63,968 bases of DNA, filler included, from Rhabdomonas costata (GCA_019059605.1; 47 parts of 47 records of this genome joined end to end with filler, not necessarily neighbours in it), one strand, 5' to 3'; numbered from the whole stretch's first letter, positions 1 to 12,570 are shown. Notes: a model not told the origin generated them from the letters alone. Translations and numbers: made by a program.

Positions 1-16
1 GGTTGCCGTTATACAG

Positions 17-112
17 ATTCTGATGGAGTACATGAATGCCGGCACGGTGGCTGCCCTTCTCCGCACTGTAGGCCCTATTCCAATGGACGTCTTGCCCATG
101 ATCATGAGGCAG
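17..112 (+). CDS. Internal exon of a Ser/Thr protein kinase, MAP2K/STE-like (subdomains V-VIa)
   Basis: cag|ILMEYMNAGTVAALLRTVGPIPMDVLPMIMRQ|gt, 96 nt, phase 0-0. MEYMxxGxL is the kinase hinge region. Confidence 0.75.
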
Positions 113-192
113 GTTTTGGATTTTCTTCGCATCGTGCCCTTCACCCTGCACTTAATGCAAAAGGTGAACACCCTTGCTCTTTCAAAATTGTG

Positions 193-215
193 GTGTGTGT
201 GTGTGTGTGTGTGTG
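193..215. repeat. (GT)n microsatellite
   Basis: Perfect dinucleotide run, seen directly. Confidence 0.95.
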
Positions 216-1535
216 CGTGATTTGCTGGGGCTACTCTTATGCTTTGATGGAGCCGTTTCTCGCTGCGCTTTGTTCAGTTCTCGCTTTGGTGCTCGCCCGC
301 GACGCTTGCGCCCTCTCAATTCGCTGGAGCTCTTCTCTCTCAAGCTCTCCGGAGACCTGCACAGGGTGCCACATGCGTGTGACCATTCCTAGACCCCCTG
401 CTTCCGTTCCTCCTGCCCTAGATGTCTCATGCCTTTACTCTTTGCTTTTTTTCTCTTTTTGCCGCCACGCCCCTTTTTGCCTGTAGCGAGACTCCCATCA
501 TTACCTTTTTTCCCTTTTTGTTTGCTTGCGATTGGGCTGGAGAAAACCCAACCTTTGGCCGCGCTTCATTCCTGAAATTGCCATCCACTGCAGCTCTACC
601 GCTTCCCATCTCTGCAGTTAATGGTCTTTGTCCGCACTAGCTTCACTACTAAAAGCTTGTCCGTTCGTGTGCAGCCTCTGAATCCTCTGGGGTGGAGGGG
701 AAACAACTCGTCAACCCGCGTTGCACCACGGCTCCCTTGCCTCTCGCAGCCTGCCGCGGTGCACCCTCCCTAGCCCTGCCTTTGCGTTGTCCCATGCGCT
801 TGGCCTGCAATGGGACACAGAGCTGGCTTTTGGGGAGGGGAAGGGGCTTCTGAGTGCCCTCTCCACTGCAGCGTGGTGCTCACCGCTCACCTCGTGCTGC
901 GCCCCGATGCGCATGCGGCCATCCCCGAAAACTTTAGGACCATGATTTGTGCTTGCGATTGTCTGGCTGCATCTGTGAAAATCCGGGCGAAATACGGGCG
1001 ATGAAGTATGGGGCGTGTTCTGCCGCGTTTTAGTTTTAGCTGCACGGCCATTTGCCTTTCACCCACCCAGTCCTCCTCAGGCTGGTTGGTGCTGTTCTTC
1101 CCTCCACTCAGTTGAATGTCCCCTGCTGGACGGCTTTTCTCGTGCTGGTTTCTTTCGCTTTTGCCGTAAGTTGTTTGTTTCCTATCTGGTTGCCGTGTTT
1201 TGATCTGGAAATGTGCACAAGACGTGGACAGGCAGCTTTGTATCGATGAATGTGCACACCAAAACNNNNNNNNNNNNNNNNNNNNNNNNNNNNNNNNNNN
1301 NNNNNNNNNTTAATTAATTAANNNNNNNNNNNNNNNNNNNNNNNNNNNNNNNNNNNNNNNNNNNNGTGGTGGGTGTGTTTGGGTGGGTTGTTGAAAAAGG
1401 ACCGGGGTGCGAGGAAAGAGTGAGAGATAGGGAGACGCTGCTGTTATTAAGGCCGGCCTTCACGTAAGTTGGCACATCGGCAGCCTCCAGAGTGACAACA
1501 GTTAATAATTACCGCAACAGGGGGGGAAGGGAAAC

Positions 1536-2081
1536 CTCAAGCTGGCGTTGAACCGCTTCAGGTGCAGCACGAGGACGCGGGGGGCGCGGTAGATGGTCAG
1601 CTGCTTCGTGGCACGGACCCGCACCCCGCTGGGGGTGCGGTAGCGGTTGTCTCGGTCCAGGGTCTCCCTCTGAGTGAAGTGGTCGAGGCACTTCTCCAGG
1701 CTGTCGCCGCGGATCTCCACGCTGATCATAATGAAGGGGTCGAACTTGTTTGAGGTGTTGCCAGGGCATACCTATGGGAAGCGGGAAGCGGACCGGGCGC
1801 AGTAGACACCCACTTAGACCCTCCACTCACTGAGTTACTTGAAATTGGCAGGGCTGCTGTCACTGCCTCTATTGCAAACATCCCGTTCCAGGGCTGCGAG
1901 AGAGAGATGCCTGCGCGGTGAGGGGAGGAGTGCCCGGCCCGCCTGTCTTCTTCGCCCGGGGGTTACTCCGGGCGAGCTGGTGCAACTGAATTTCCTCAGC
2001 CTTGCTCCACTGCACCTGGGAGCGGAGGTAGCCCCCGAAGATCTGGTGCACCGCTGTGGTTTCCGCCGTCCTTGAATCCAC
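1536..2081 (-). CDS. Ubiquitin-specific protease (C19, USP36/42-like), exons 2081..1911 and 1771..1536
   Basis: Motifs VHQIFGGYLRSQV, SNKFDPF, SLEKCLDHFT and KQLTIYRAPRVLVLHLKRF. The in-frame join needs a GC-AG intron at 1910..1772. Confidence 0.9.
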
Positions 2082-2729
2082 CTTGGGAGGAGGCATAGCG
2101 AGAGAGTGAAAGTGAGTGAAAGGGCACTGAGTCTCTTGTTGGTGTGTGACTGGTACCGCAATAACTTGCCCCATGCTGGTCTTCGGACCGTTATCCTGTA
2201 ATACGTGAAAACGAAGAATGGGGGAGGGACTGCTGACCAAATTTTCGGCCACCTTTCAGAACGCGTTTCAAGAGCGCGGGGAAATCCAAGAGTTTTAGTA
2301 CTGAGTGTTGAAGGGATGTGTGTGGGATAGGATTCAGGAGAGACGCTCTCAGATATTGCGTATTCATGCTTTGTGGGCACATGAAAGGAAAAATGCTTTC
2401 TTCAGTAAATGAATGAATGAATGTTCGCCAACTTTCGCCTTTCGGCTTCTGCGGAAGCCTCTTAGCTTCTCAGATGGCGCAACGCTTTATTCACTTTGGT
2501 GAGAAGGACTTACAAAGCCGGCTACATTCTCAGAGCTGCACTTTTCATCCTTCTTCTTTTTGGTATTGTGGCGGGCAAAAGGCTGCTATCTGTGACAATG
2601 ACAGATCCCGTGATATTGGGAGCAAACTCNNNNNNNNNNNNNNNNNNNNNNNNNNNNNNNNNNNNNNNNNNNNTTAATTAATTAANNNNNNNNNNNNNNN
2701 NNNNNNNNNNNNNNNNNNNNNNNNNNNNN

Positions 2730-3993
2730 GGTTTTGGTTTAGCCATGACTGCAGGCAGGCGTCCATCTTGCTCTCGCCAACCTGGAAGGCCTGTACTATT
2801 TTAGGGCTCTTGCGTTCAGCTGATGCGAATTGCTGGCTTTCCGTGCTCGTTGCAATTATCAGCCCGATTGCCTGGGCCCTTCCGTACGTGACCGCTCTTC
2901 GTGACAGTGTAGTATTTCGAGTCCCTCGGTTTTTCAACGGAGAAGCCTTTCTTTCTCCGGAGATGAGTCCTATCCGAAAACATCTTTCGGATCATCACTT
3001 TGGACCTGCACCCAAGCGCTTGCCTGCTGTGGAAGATTGTGTTTTCTACGCGCTTCTGGAGTTCTTTAAGGAGTTTTCCTTGCCTGAGCTTGCGACCGAG
3101 CTTGCCGCTGTCGATTCTCTGGGGAAAGGAGGGGGTTCCGTGGCTGTCGCCGCCGCGCTGGCCAAAGCAGCCGTGTCGTTCCACATCTTAAGGAAAGCAG
3201 CAGAGGAATTAGGAATCTGCAAACAGGAGTTTACTATCGATTTTATCGAGCGGATTTTGGCCCCTGCTTCCCTTGATGCTGTTCGGAGCGTGCTTCGGTC
3301 CCAGCCACCAATTCTTCCTGACGCCGTGTTGCTGTTTTTGAGCAGTTTTCCGATTGGGAGCGGAGGCGTGCAGCTGCTCACCAAGCCAGCCGTTGTTTCT
3401 CGCCTTGGTCTGCCTTCGGAGTGGAATGTGAGCCTGAGCTGCCGGGGCAGTCGGTCAAGGTTCGAGTTATTTTCGTTCATGCTTGGAGTCCCCATTCACT
3501 CTCCAATTGACTCCGACCTACCCATGTTGACCATCCTAAAGCAGATGTATACGCAGGTCAGCGCAGCGTTGCAAGCTTCTAGCGACGCTCAGCTGTTGGA
3601 GCTCATCCGCAAGGCTGATACCCCAGCGGTTTGGCGACTGCGAATGGTTTTATTGTTAGCTTGTTACCATGAACACTTCAAGGCAGGGCATTCCTGCGCT
3701 GTTTTGGTGCCACATACTGCACACCACGGTGAGCTTGCGCAAAAGTTGCTACTGAACCCCCAGGAGCTTGGGGCTCTTCATTTCTTCGCAACAGGGCCCG
3801 GGACTGCGGTGGACGACATTGACCAACTTCTTCTGCTTTTTTGCCGGCCTCCCGATGGTGCATTGCAAGAAATCGACGGATCCTTTGCCAGCCTAATGGT
3901 TAACTGCTTGGCTGTGACCCTGGGTCTTCCCCCGGAGTCAAACCACATGTACACTCGAATTTTTCAGCCCGCTGATCTGCGTGACACACCCCC
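2730..3993 (+). CDS. Long uninterrupted reading frame (over 400 codons, open at the contig end); alpha-helical protein, possibly an RNF213-like E3 region upstream of the RZ finger
   Basis: Stop-free from 2768 to the contig end with protein-like composition. The C-terminal MVNCLAVTLG..NHMYTRIFQPADLRDT resembles the segment before the FLPTMP/RZ finger of RNF213-like proteins (from memory, unverified). Confidence 0.5.
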
Positions 3994-4489
3994 NNNNNNN
4001 NNNNNNNNNNNNNNNNNNNNNNNNNNNNNNNNNNNNNTTAATTAATTAANNNNNNNNNNNNNNNNNNNNNNNNNNNNNNNNNNNNNNNNNNNNGTGTTGC
4101 GTGTTTTGGGGTTGGAACCGGGTCAGCGATTTCCTCACGGTGTTTCTTGGGGGCACTGGTGGCGGTGATATTTCAGTAATCATCCAGATATTGGCTATGA
4201 CACCAAGATATCAACCGCGTGTTTGGAGGTCGGGGAGAAAGGAGAAAGAACCTGGTTCGTTTAAAAGATAAAGGCCTGTGCCCCCCCCGGTGGACAGCAG
4301 TGAGCATTTGGTGGTGGTATGTGGACCTGGAGTCTTCGCCCTTTCATAAAAAGTCACCCTTGCCCAAAGCAGGATGCGCGCCTGTGCTGTCGTGTTGGGT
4401 GGTGTGAAAGTCACTGAGAAAAAGACGAAACCTGTCTCTGAATTCCCATGAAATGTGCAGGGAGTCTGTCTGTGCTTGCTTTTGTGCAG

Positions 4490-5125
4490 CACTCCACGCT
4501 GTGCCTTGTTGCGGAGTCTCTGGCGTCGGAGCCCTCGCATGAGGGGCTGTCTGACTCCGGGCGGATGGCCACGGTGGCGGTGTTTGACATGGCGGGGTTC
4601 GAGGCCCTCGCCGCACTGAGAGGTGGCCTGGAGGAGGTAAACCATTTCGATTACCCCTCCCCCTTCCGCCTTTTCCCGTTCCTCCCATCAAAGTGCTCCT
4701 GCCTATTCTAGTGAACAGATGAAGTCTTTCATGGTGGCAAACTCTTTACATCTGCATTTGCCTGCCTTTTTTTTTCCTCCCCCCCCCCCCAAAGGCTCGA
4801 AAAAGAAGCAGTGCCCATTGCGCTGGAAATTGCAGTGAAGACTCGAGGTTTTGAAGACTCGAGGTTCGAGGTTTGCTGCCAGTGAAGAGTGTGTGAACCT
4901 CATTCCGCGAGGAGTGCTATCTGTGTATCCACAGGGTCACTACGCTCTTCTGGTTTTTTTGTGACATCAGCGCTGTGTCATTTGTTTGCTTCTTGTGCAA
5001 ATGTGGTTCAGAGCTCTCTTTCTCTCTCTCGCTCGCTCGCTCGCTCGCAGGCCACCTGGCAGCACCACCGCTATATTGACCTCATTCACACCCAAGTCAC
5101 CTCCCACAACGGGCTTCTGGACAAG
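4490..5125 (+). CDS. Class III nucleotidyl (adenylate/guanylate) cyclase domain, exons 4490..4636 and 5051..5125
   Basis: Spliced product RMATVAVFDMAGFEALAALRGGLEEATWQHHRYIDLIHTQVTSHNGLLDK fits the TVxFxDIxGF...HGGxxDK(FIGD) pattern. Phase-0 GT-AG intron. Confidence 0.7.
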
Positions 5126-6822
5126 GTCAGCTGTGCACTCAGTGGGCTAGCACAGGAATTCTCGATATGCTTGTTGTTGTTCATTGTTGTTTATGTTGTG
5201 TTGTAAAGGGGAAAACTCTATCCGAGGAACAAGATTTGTAAACGAAAAGCTTACTCCGAGTCCCTCTCCCACCCTAACCACCACCACCACCACACACCAC
5301 CTCCTTCACTCTGTGCGGTACGCCCCCTCACAGGTTATCGGGGACCGACCCAACAAANNNNNNNNNNNNNNNNNNNNNNNNNNNNNNNNNNNNNNNNNNN
5401 NTTAATTAATTAANNNNNNNNNNNNNNNNNNNNNNNNNNNNNNNNNNNNNNNNNNNNGTTGGGGGTGATGGTGCCCTGGTGTTTGTTTATTTGATGTCTT
5501 TTGCATTGTGATTTCCTTTTGGCATCCGGGGAGTGCAAGCAGGCAGTACCCCCCCCCGCACACACACAAACAAACGCGCCGTTTCTGTGCTCGAAGAGCC
5601 GATATGGTTGCGTTTGTGGGTGAGCGATGCGCTTTTTGAATTTAAAGGGTGGGCGTGGTGCAGAACTTTTGCCCCGATAAGTCTTGGAGGGGGGATAAAC
5701 GCTCGCCGCGAAGCTTTTGCTTCTGCTTCTCCGAAATGATCCTGAGCTCGGTCTTGTCGCCGAGCTGTTAACAGCGTCTCACCCCGTGTTTTTTTGTCCC
5801 TCCTTCTCTTCGCATCCCTCCTCAGCTCACTTCCTGTGCACCAACATATCCACGTCTCGCGCTACAGACCACCCCTTCTCGATTTTTTTGTTGCATGGAG
5901 TGAGTGAGAGGGAGGGAGAGGGAGGAGAGAGGTGCCATGGACCACGCCAATGAGACGCAAATCACCTCTTTGTTTCCGCAGTACTCTAGCAAACGGTGCC
6001 TGCTGTCAGTAAAAGATGGCACGACGAGGTGTACACCCTTTTTCCTCCATTGGCTGAAACAGCGTGCGAGGAAAATGTCACCAACGGTGGTTTCCTGCGG
6101 GCTGTTGATTTTCCACCCTACTCGAGGTCCAGGGCCGCCACAGAAGCTCGCGACGGTCCATTCCAGATTGTGCCCGATTCGCTTCGTGGGTTCGGCCCTG
6201 TGGGTTTGCGTCGCTTGCACTTTCGTTCTTTGTCTTTGATTTGTTGCATGTTTCTTTTCTGCGCATCCTTACGCTCATCTGCTCCTTCACTTTGTTGTTC
6301 GTTCCTGGGTGGTGCAAGTCTTCCAAGAAAATGGAAACAGGTCTCTTTCGATTTTCACCCGGCACGCGCACACGGCCTCGTAGCTTTGCATCCCCAAAAA
6401 GTCGCTTCTTGCGTGACACGGCAAGCTGCCCGTGTACGTGACATACTCCAGATGACGAGCACTTCGAAGGGCCCCGCTCGTGTAGGTGTAGGACCGTGGG
6501 GTGCGATGAATCCGCCCCTGCCTTCACCTTTTTACGTGTACCTTGCTTTTATTTTTGTTCTTCGCCTCTTTGAGCCTTTCCGAGGCTGTTGGTGTTACAA
6601 AGCTGCTTTTTTCTCAGCTGGCGTTTCGTCAAAGAAGTCGACGTGCGTGACTTGCTGTATCTTTTTTCATGTCCTGCCTACTCCTGTGCTCCTTCAGAAT
6701 TTCCACCACTTCCACCCCCACCNNNNNNNNNNNNNNNNNNNNNNNNNNNNNNNNNNNNNNNNNNNNTTAATTAATTAANNNNNNNNNNNNNNNNNNNNNN
6801 NNNNNNNNNNNNNNNNNNNNNN

Positions 6823-7070
6823 GTGGGTTGTGTGGACCGGAGAACTGGTGAACTGTGTCCGGGAACGGGTTGGAGGGGAGTGGGGGGAGTACAGAATGAT
6901 ATGTGGGGTGACGGAGAATGAAAGCCTCCAGGTTGGTTTTGTACGCTGCAACCTGGGACTGTAGCGCCAGGTAGCTTTGCTCCAGGCTTTGCTGGGAGGC
7001 CTGGATCTGCTGTACCGCCGACAGCATTTGTTGGAGCTGGGCGTTAGGATCGGTCAGTGTAGAGTGAACA
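6823..7070 (-). other. Short Gln/Leu-rich coiled-coil reading frame, antisense to the neighbouring exon; origin unknown
   Basis: DPNAQLQQMLSAVQQIQASQQSLEQSYLALQSQVAAYKTNLEAF heptad pattern followed by a Pro-rich tail. Confidence 0.3.
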
Positions 7071-7135
7071 CGTGCGACCAACAAAACAGTGAATCTAGAA
7101 TTAGTTGGAAAACAGCAGTTTGTATTGCTTCGCAG

Positions 7136-7469
7136 ATAAACGCGGTTGTGAGGGACCTGGGGGAGCACAACCTGAAAGGCATTGAGAAGGCCCAGCATCT
7201 GTTTTCTGTGCTTCCCCGGGAGCTGGAGAGGCGCACCTTCCCGGAGATCCAGGACGTGGTGTGCCAGTACTGCAAGGGCCCGATGTGGTGCCCGCGGTGC
7301 GACAAGGAGCTCACCGACAACCAGCACCACACCAAGCACGGGCATCACCGCGCGGCCTCGGCCTCGCGCGGGAGCCGCCGCGTAACGTCGCAGCCCTCGA
7401 CGACTCCGAGGTCTCTGCGGGAGGAGGTCGCCGTGTTGCATGGCAACCGGCTCTCTCGTTCCATCAGTG
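7136..7469 (+). CDS. Exon of unknown protein with a CxxC-x5-CxxC putative zinc ribbon
   Basis: cgcag acceptor, high GC3 codons, VCQYCKGPMWCPRCDK, gtatgc donor. Confidence 0.55.
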
Positions 7470-8326
7470 GTATGCCTGCACCCTCTGCCCCAATTCCTTA
7501 CATACTCATTTCCGCCTCTGGTGCGGTGTTCGCAGGGTGATGGGCGCCCCTACTTCCTGGCTATGTTGTGCTTTACTAGCAAACCCTTGGCATCGTGTGA
7601 AGGTCGTAGGAGATAGTATAAATTGCTCTCTGGAGTTTCAGGACCTCGTATCCCGCTGCTGACGTTTTTGCATCAGAGGCGTTGGGTATCACCTCGCCGG
7701 TGTGAGCTCCTTGCCCTGGGGGCCTCAAGACGGCATGTGATCCCACGTGTACACACGTAATCATTTCTTTGCGTGCCGCCTTCCTTTTCCCCTTTTCCGT
7801 TTTACTTTTTCTTTCGGATGCTCCCTCCCTTTCTTCGGTGAGCCTTACCGCGGAGTTCTGTGCGTGTTTGCGTGTGTACATGCATTCCTCTTCGTGTCAT
7901 TCTGGGAGCCTTTCAGCATTACCTTCCTGCACCAGTCATCGACCGCTTAATTTGGCTGCAGTCTTCACTATTTGCTGGGTGACTTTCGTCTTCCGACATA
8001 GGCCCCCTATCACCATTTTTTGACTTGGCCCTTACTCGGTGAGTCGATCGTAGTCCTAAGTTGAATTTGGCTGCTTCCAAAACACANNNNNNNNNNNNNN
8101 NNNNNNNNNNNNNNNNNNNNNNNNNNNNNNTTAATTAATTAANNNNNNNNNNNNNNNNNNNNNNNNNNNNNNNNNNNNNNNNNNNNGTGGGTTTTTAGTG
8201 AAACCCTTGGCTGCGTGGATAAAGAAGGGGCGCAAAAGGGATACAAAAGGGCAGCCTGTTGTACATCCTAAAGACCCTAGGCCTGCTGCGGCTTAGCCCT
8301 CCGATTGTACCCACCTTTCTCCTCAG

Positions 8327-8647
8327 GTACGCCTGCCTGAAGCCTACCTGTGCGCGCCAGCGCCAGCTCTGGGTGGACCTCCTTCACCTGGTGACCTTTG
8401 CCCGGAGCCTTCGCGGGGTCCTCTCCACAGCGGAGGCTCGTGCAGAGGTGGAGCAGACCTTGCACGACCTCCTCGCGGTAGGCGGGCTGCTTTCCGTCCC
8501 GGTGCGGGAGCTTTTGCAGTGGCTGTGGTTGGACCAGGACGGGCAGGCCGATGCACAGGCTGATGCACAGGCCGATGCCCTGCCACTTGTGCTGTGGAGT
8601 CCCCCTTCGTTCCGGCCAGAAGAGTTCGATCCACTGAAGGAGTACCG
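8327..8647 (+). CDS. Exon of unknown Leu-rich helical protein
   Basis: ctttctcctcag acceptor, 321 nt phase 2-2, gtgtgt donor, GC3 bias. Confidence 0.55.
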
Positions 8648-9550
8648 GTGTGTGCATATATTTGTGTTTCTGCAGGAGACGCTTCCCTCCCCTCGCTTCA
8701 TTCGTTTGGAGCTCGGGCAGAAATTGAAATTCTCTTATCAGTATTATGATTGCGGCGGATCCCTGGCGTCCGAGAAATGTCATACTGGCAGAAAGGGCAC
8801 TTACCCCACCTATCCCCTTCCCGCATCCTTTCCTTCAATTATCTCAACTTTCTTCCACTCGTCTCATTCCCTTCCACTTTCGCTTTGAATGCGAAGGTAG
8901 TGTACATATATCTTTGAGTCGTTCTTTCTCTCATGGGGGCGGAAGCCGAAGCGCCTCGGTCTTCATTTTTGACTGTACAATTGAGGCAAAAAGGCTGCGA
9001 GGCCGTCCTTGCACCCCCTGGCGGTGGCCCTTCAGGCGGCTCTTTTTATCTCTCCCGCTCTCTTGTGCCGCTTCTTCCCCTCGCAGCCTGAGGGTTTGAC
9101 GTGACACCCACAACGTGCTAGAGAGGTGGCCAGCAAGGGGGTACCAGCTCGGGAAAGGGGATCCGAGCCTCCTAATGCCCTTAGAGGTGACGCGTAGAGG
9201 AAAGAAAATTAGGGCGTGTGAGACGGCATTTATTGGGACAATTCACCTGTACCAACAACTAGTTCCTCTAGGAATGTCAGATGTTTAGCAAACCACACAG
9301 AAACATTAAGCACGTGGAAACAAGGAGGTCGGCACAATGGTTCACTAGAGGTACACTACGATGGAAGCTGCTCGGCCGAGGGAAGGGCTATCTTTTTTTC
9401 CTTTTTTTCCTGGGGCACAAGAAAAGTTCCAAGAACGTAGAACCCCACCCNNNNNNNNNNNNNNNNNNNNNNNNNNNNNNNNNNNNNNNNNNNNTTAATT
9501 AATTAANNNNNNNNNNNNNNNNNNNNNNNNNNNNNNNNNNNNNNNNNNNN

Positions 9551-9892
9551 GGGTGTGGTGGCCCCCAGTTACTGGACCAAAGCATGTGGGGTTCGAGGTC
9601 GCCCCATCCTACCTTCTGCGTGGTTACAAGCCCATCTATCTCAGTTGGCAGTGGGCTTACCACCCCTCTCACTACGAGAGCTTTTGCCGAACTTAGAGAA
9701 GTGGGAGGTGACCATCATCCTGCGGTCCTTTCACCTCCTGCTCTGCACAAGGTCAAGGTGCGGACCTACCTTTCTTCCGGGGTCCGCCCGACGAACTGCA
9801 CCCGCTGGTCGGTACGCATCCGGCCCGAGGTTCGGGAGCCCTTCCTCAGCGCATGGAAGGCCCACCTCCGCTCCCTGGTACGGTTGCAATAG
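9551..9892 (+). mobile_element. Possible decayed non-LTR retrotransposon fragment (end of an APE endonuclease)
   Basis: PHPTF...GDHHPAVL...RWSVRIRPEVREPFLSAWKAHL resembles the PTF/SDH/W-linker order of LINE ORF2. A possible RNase H tail (RWASRNAD..ALARLAV) lies at about 10670..10740. Confidence 0.3.
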
Positions 9893-10285
9893 GAGCGCAC
9901 CAAGGACTCCTCCTCAGAGGACGCGGGCCCCTCGGCCAAACAGCCTCTCCCGGCACAGCAGAGCCGCCGCAAGCGCGCGCGGTCGGGGGCTCCTCCCCCA
10001 TCTCACGACAAGAAGGCGCGCGTGGAGCGTCTCAAGGCTCTCCAAGCGGCCGCGGCAGAGCAGCAGGCGCGGGGGGGACCTAGGGCTCCTTTTTTTCCCT
10101 GCCGCCTCCTCCTCTTCTTCTTCCTCGTGGCCACCGGACCCCGTCAGTCCCTCAGCAGGCCCCCGAGCCTTGCCCCGTGGGCTCACCTAGCGTCGGCTGA
10201 GCTCGCGGGTCCCGGGCACACACCTTAGCACCTAGCTCTGGTGGCCCCCAGATGGGACCCTGGGCCGCAAGGCCCTAAAGACCGA

Positions 10286-10432
10286 GCCCTAGCCGTGACT
10301 CCGGACGGGAAGCACATTGTCAGCGGCAGTTACGACAAGACCATCAAGGTGCGGAACCTGGATACTGGGAAGGAGGAGGGCAGCCTCAAGGGACACATCG
10401 GTTTTGTCTACGCGGTAGCCGTGACTCCGGAG
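10286..10432 (+). pseudogene. Isolated WD40 repeat
   Basis: ALAVTPDGKHIVSGSYDKTIKVRNLDTGKEEGSLKGHIGFVYAVAVTP. Period 126 bp, marked by tagccgtgactccgga twice. The usual WD/WN is RN here and the flanks are unrelated. Confidence 0.75.
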
Positions 10433-10539
10433 TCCATGCCTGGCCTGTGCCTTGGTGGCCGTAGTGCAGGGCCTGGCGGGTTTTTATGGTTATCTTTACC
10501 TGGGGCTCTACTTCCTGCACTGGGCACTTCTTCATCCTC

Positions 10540-10611
10540 GCTCCCTTTTACGACTTTGTGGGCTCTATCCCGGCAGCTCCCTTTTACGACTTTGTGGGCT
10601 CTATCCCGGCA
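10540..10611. repeat. Perfect 36-bp tandem duplication
   Basis: gctcccttttacgactttgtgggctctatcccggca occurs twice in a row. Confidence 0.95.
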
Positions 10612-11214
10612 AAGCCGCAACCGCCTGCAGCACGCGCTCCATGGGCATGGGCGCGGCCGCGGTGGTCAGCGTTGGGCATCCCGCAACGCCGATATTTCTC
10701 AGGGAGCTCTGGCCCGCCTCGCAGTGCGGACCCGCCGGCGTCCCGCCGTGCGCGTGGTTCTGGCCGTGCTGCTCTCGTCTGGGAGGTGCGAGACGCCGGT
10801 TACCACCAACAANNNNNNNNNNNNNNNNNNNNNNNNNNNNNNNNNNNNNNNNNNNNTTAATTAATTAANNNNNNNNNNNNNNNNNNNNNNNNNNNNNNNN
10901 NNNNNNNNNNNNGTGGTGTTTGAAGGATCTCTTTGTTTGAAGGACCTCATGTACTTTTTTGCTGTGTACACGCGATGAATAACCACACGAACATGGACTC
11001 GTGACCACCTCAAGGCAGCTTGGAAAGGGTTTTGAACAGCCGCTCTCTACTACCTCACAACAGCGCCACTCACGATTCCAGAAAATGTGATGAAGGGGTG
11101 GGGGGGGTTGGTTTAGGTGACACTGGAGATTAAGGCCCTTAGACCTTCTTTAATTAACCCCAGGAGCTGGAAGTGGGCCTGGGAGTGTGTAGGTCTGTGG
11201 TGCGGGGGGCGCAG

Positions 11215-12168
11215 GTACGTGCTGACGTTCAAGTACAATGAGCTGCGGAAGGAGGTGGCGCCGAAGGAGGAGCAGATCCAGGTCCTCACCGACCGCATCC
11301 GGGAGATGGAGGATGAGCTGGAGACCGTCGAGGTGGATCGCCGCACCCTGAAGCAGGCCTTGCAGGGCAAGGAGGAGAAGCTCCGTGCCATCCTCCACAA
11401 CATGAAGAAAACCCAGTGTGCTTGCTGCATCTCCGCACCCCGCGCGTTTGTATGTATGGTAGGAGAGAAAAGTTGGGGGTTCGATGCCGTGAAGGTTCTA
11501 GGTATTTATTTTCGCATCCCCATGCTTCGGATTACTGTGTGCACTTTAGACTTCTTCTTTTGGGGGCGTGGGCTTGAATCTGATTATTGTGTGGGTGGTT
11601 GGGTTAACCCCCACATTGTCCGAGAGCATGGGGTCGACGTGTGTTTCGTTTTTGGAGGGGGTTGGATGCAAGCGACCACATTTTACACGGTTTAGCGTGC
11701 TGAAGAAGAAGGTACGGTGGGGTTCTCGGCCTTAGAGTGTGGACTTGATTGCAGCCTGAAACGTCACAAGCAACCTTTTGGTGTCAACCGTGTGTGTGGG
11801 ACTTTTCAGAGCTGCATCCGTCTTTCTTTTTCTTCTCGCTTGTTTGGACAGCAACCAAGGCGGTCTCTTGGCATTCGGATCCAGTGACTGGTGCAACGCC
11901 TTTTTAGTGTCGTGTCTCTGGAAAAGAGTTTCTTTTGTGAAGTTGTAGTTTTCGTGCACACACGGGGTGTTGGTATCTCTGTGTATGTGTGTGCAGGCAG
12001 CTGATCGATGACAAGGCCCGGCTGGTCTCGCTGATGCTGCGCGAGCTCGGTGAGCTGGTGGGCAGCGGGGAATCCAAGTCCGCCGTGCAGAGGCTCAAGG
12101 CCATCATCATGAAGTACAGCTCGAAATATCTCCAGGAGGACGTCGCCAACGAGCGTGACCCCACCCAG
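11215..12168 (+). CDS. CFAP57: Cilia- and flagella-associated protein 57 (WDR65)-like coiled-coil region, exons 11215..11415 and 11997..12168
   Basis: YVLTFKYNELRKEVAPKEEQIQVLTDRIREMEDELE resembles the CFAP57 motif FVLDYKIKELKxQIEPRE..MEAELE. A phase-2 GT-AG intron joins the exons in frame. Confidence 0.7.
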
Positions 12169-12394
12169 GTCAGGCANNNNNNNNNNNNNNNNNNNNNNNN
12201 NNNNNNNNNNNNNNNNNNNNTTAATTAATTAANNNNNNNNNNNNNNNNNNNNNNNNNNNNNNNNNNNNNNNNNNNNTTTTTTTGTTTCCGGGCGGTGCTG
12301 TATGCTTGGTGATGTGGGGCCAATGGCTCTTCTTCGCTTCACCTCATGACGTTGTCATGATGTTTTGGATGCATTTGTGGTTTTGTGCCCTCAG

Positions 12395-12570
12395 CATGGA
12401 CCTGATCATCAACTCGTATTGCAATGCTGGTGAAGCTTGGATTGTGCACGTTACGTCCGAAAATCCGCGCATGCGCTCGGTTGCCCGCTTCTCCTCTCAG
12501 GGTAAAGGGTCCTCTTGGAATCGAGGACTATGTCGGGACCCTGGAGATGTACATGAAGCAGATCAAAAGG
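12395..12570 (+). CDS. C2-domain fragment, exons 12395..12429 and 12501..12570
   Basis: Spliced HGPDHQLVLQCWVKGPLGIEDYVGTLEMYMKQIKR fits the C2 C-terminal strands LxxxVWD....DDFLG. 71-nt GT-AG intron. Confidence 0.5.
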
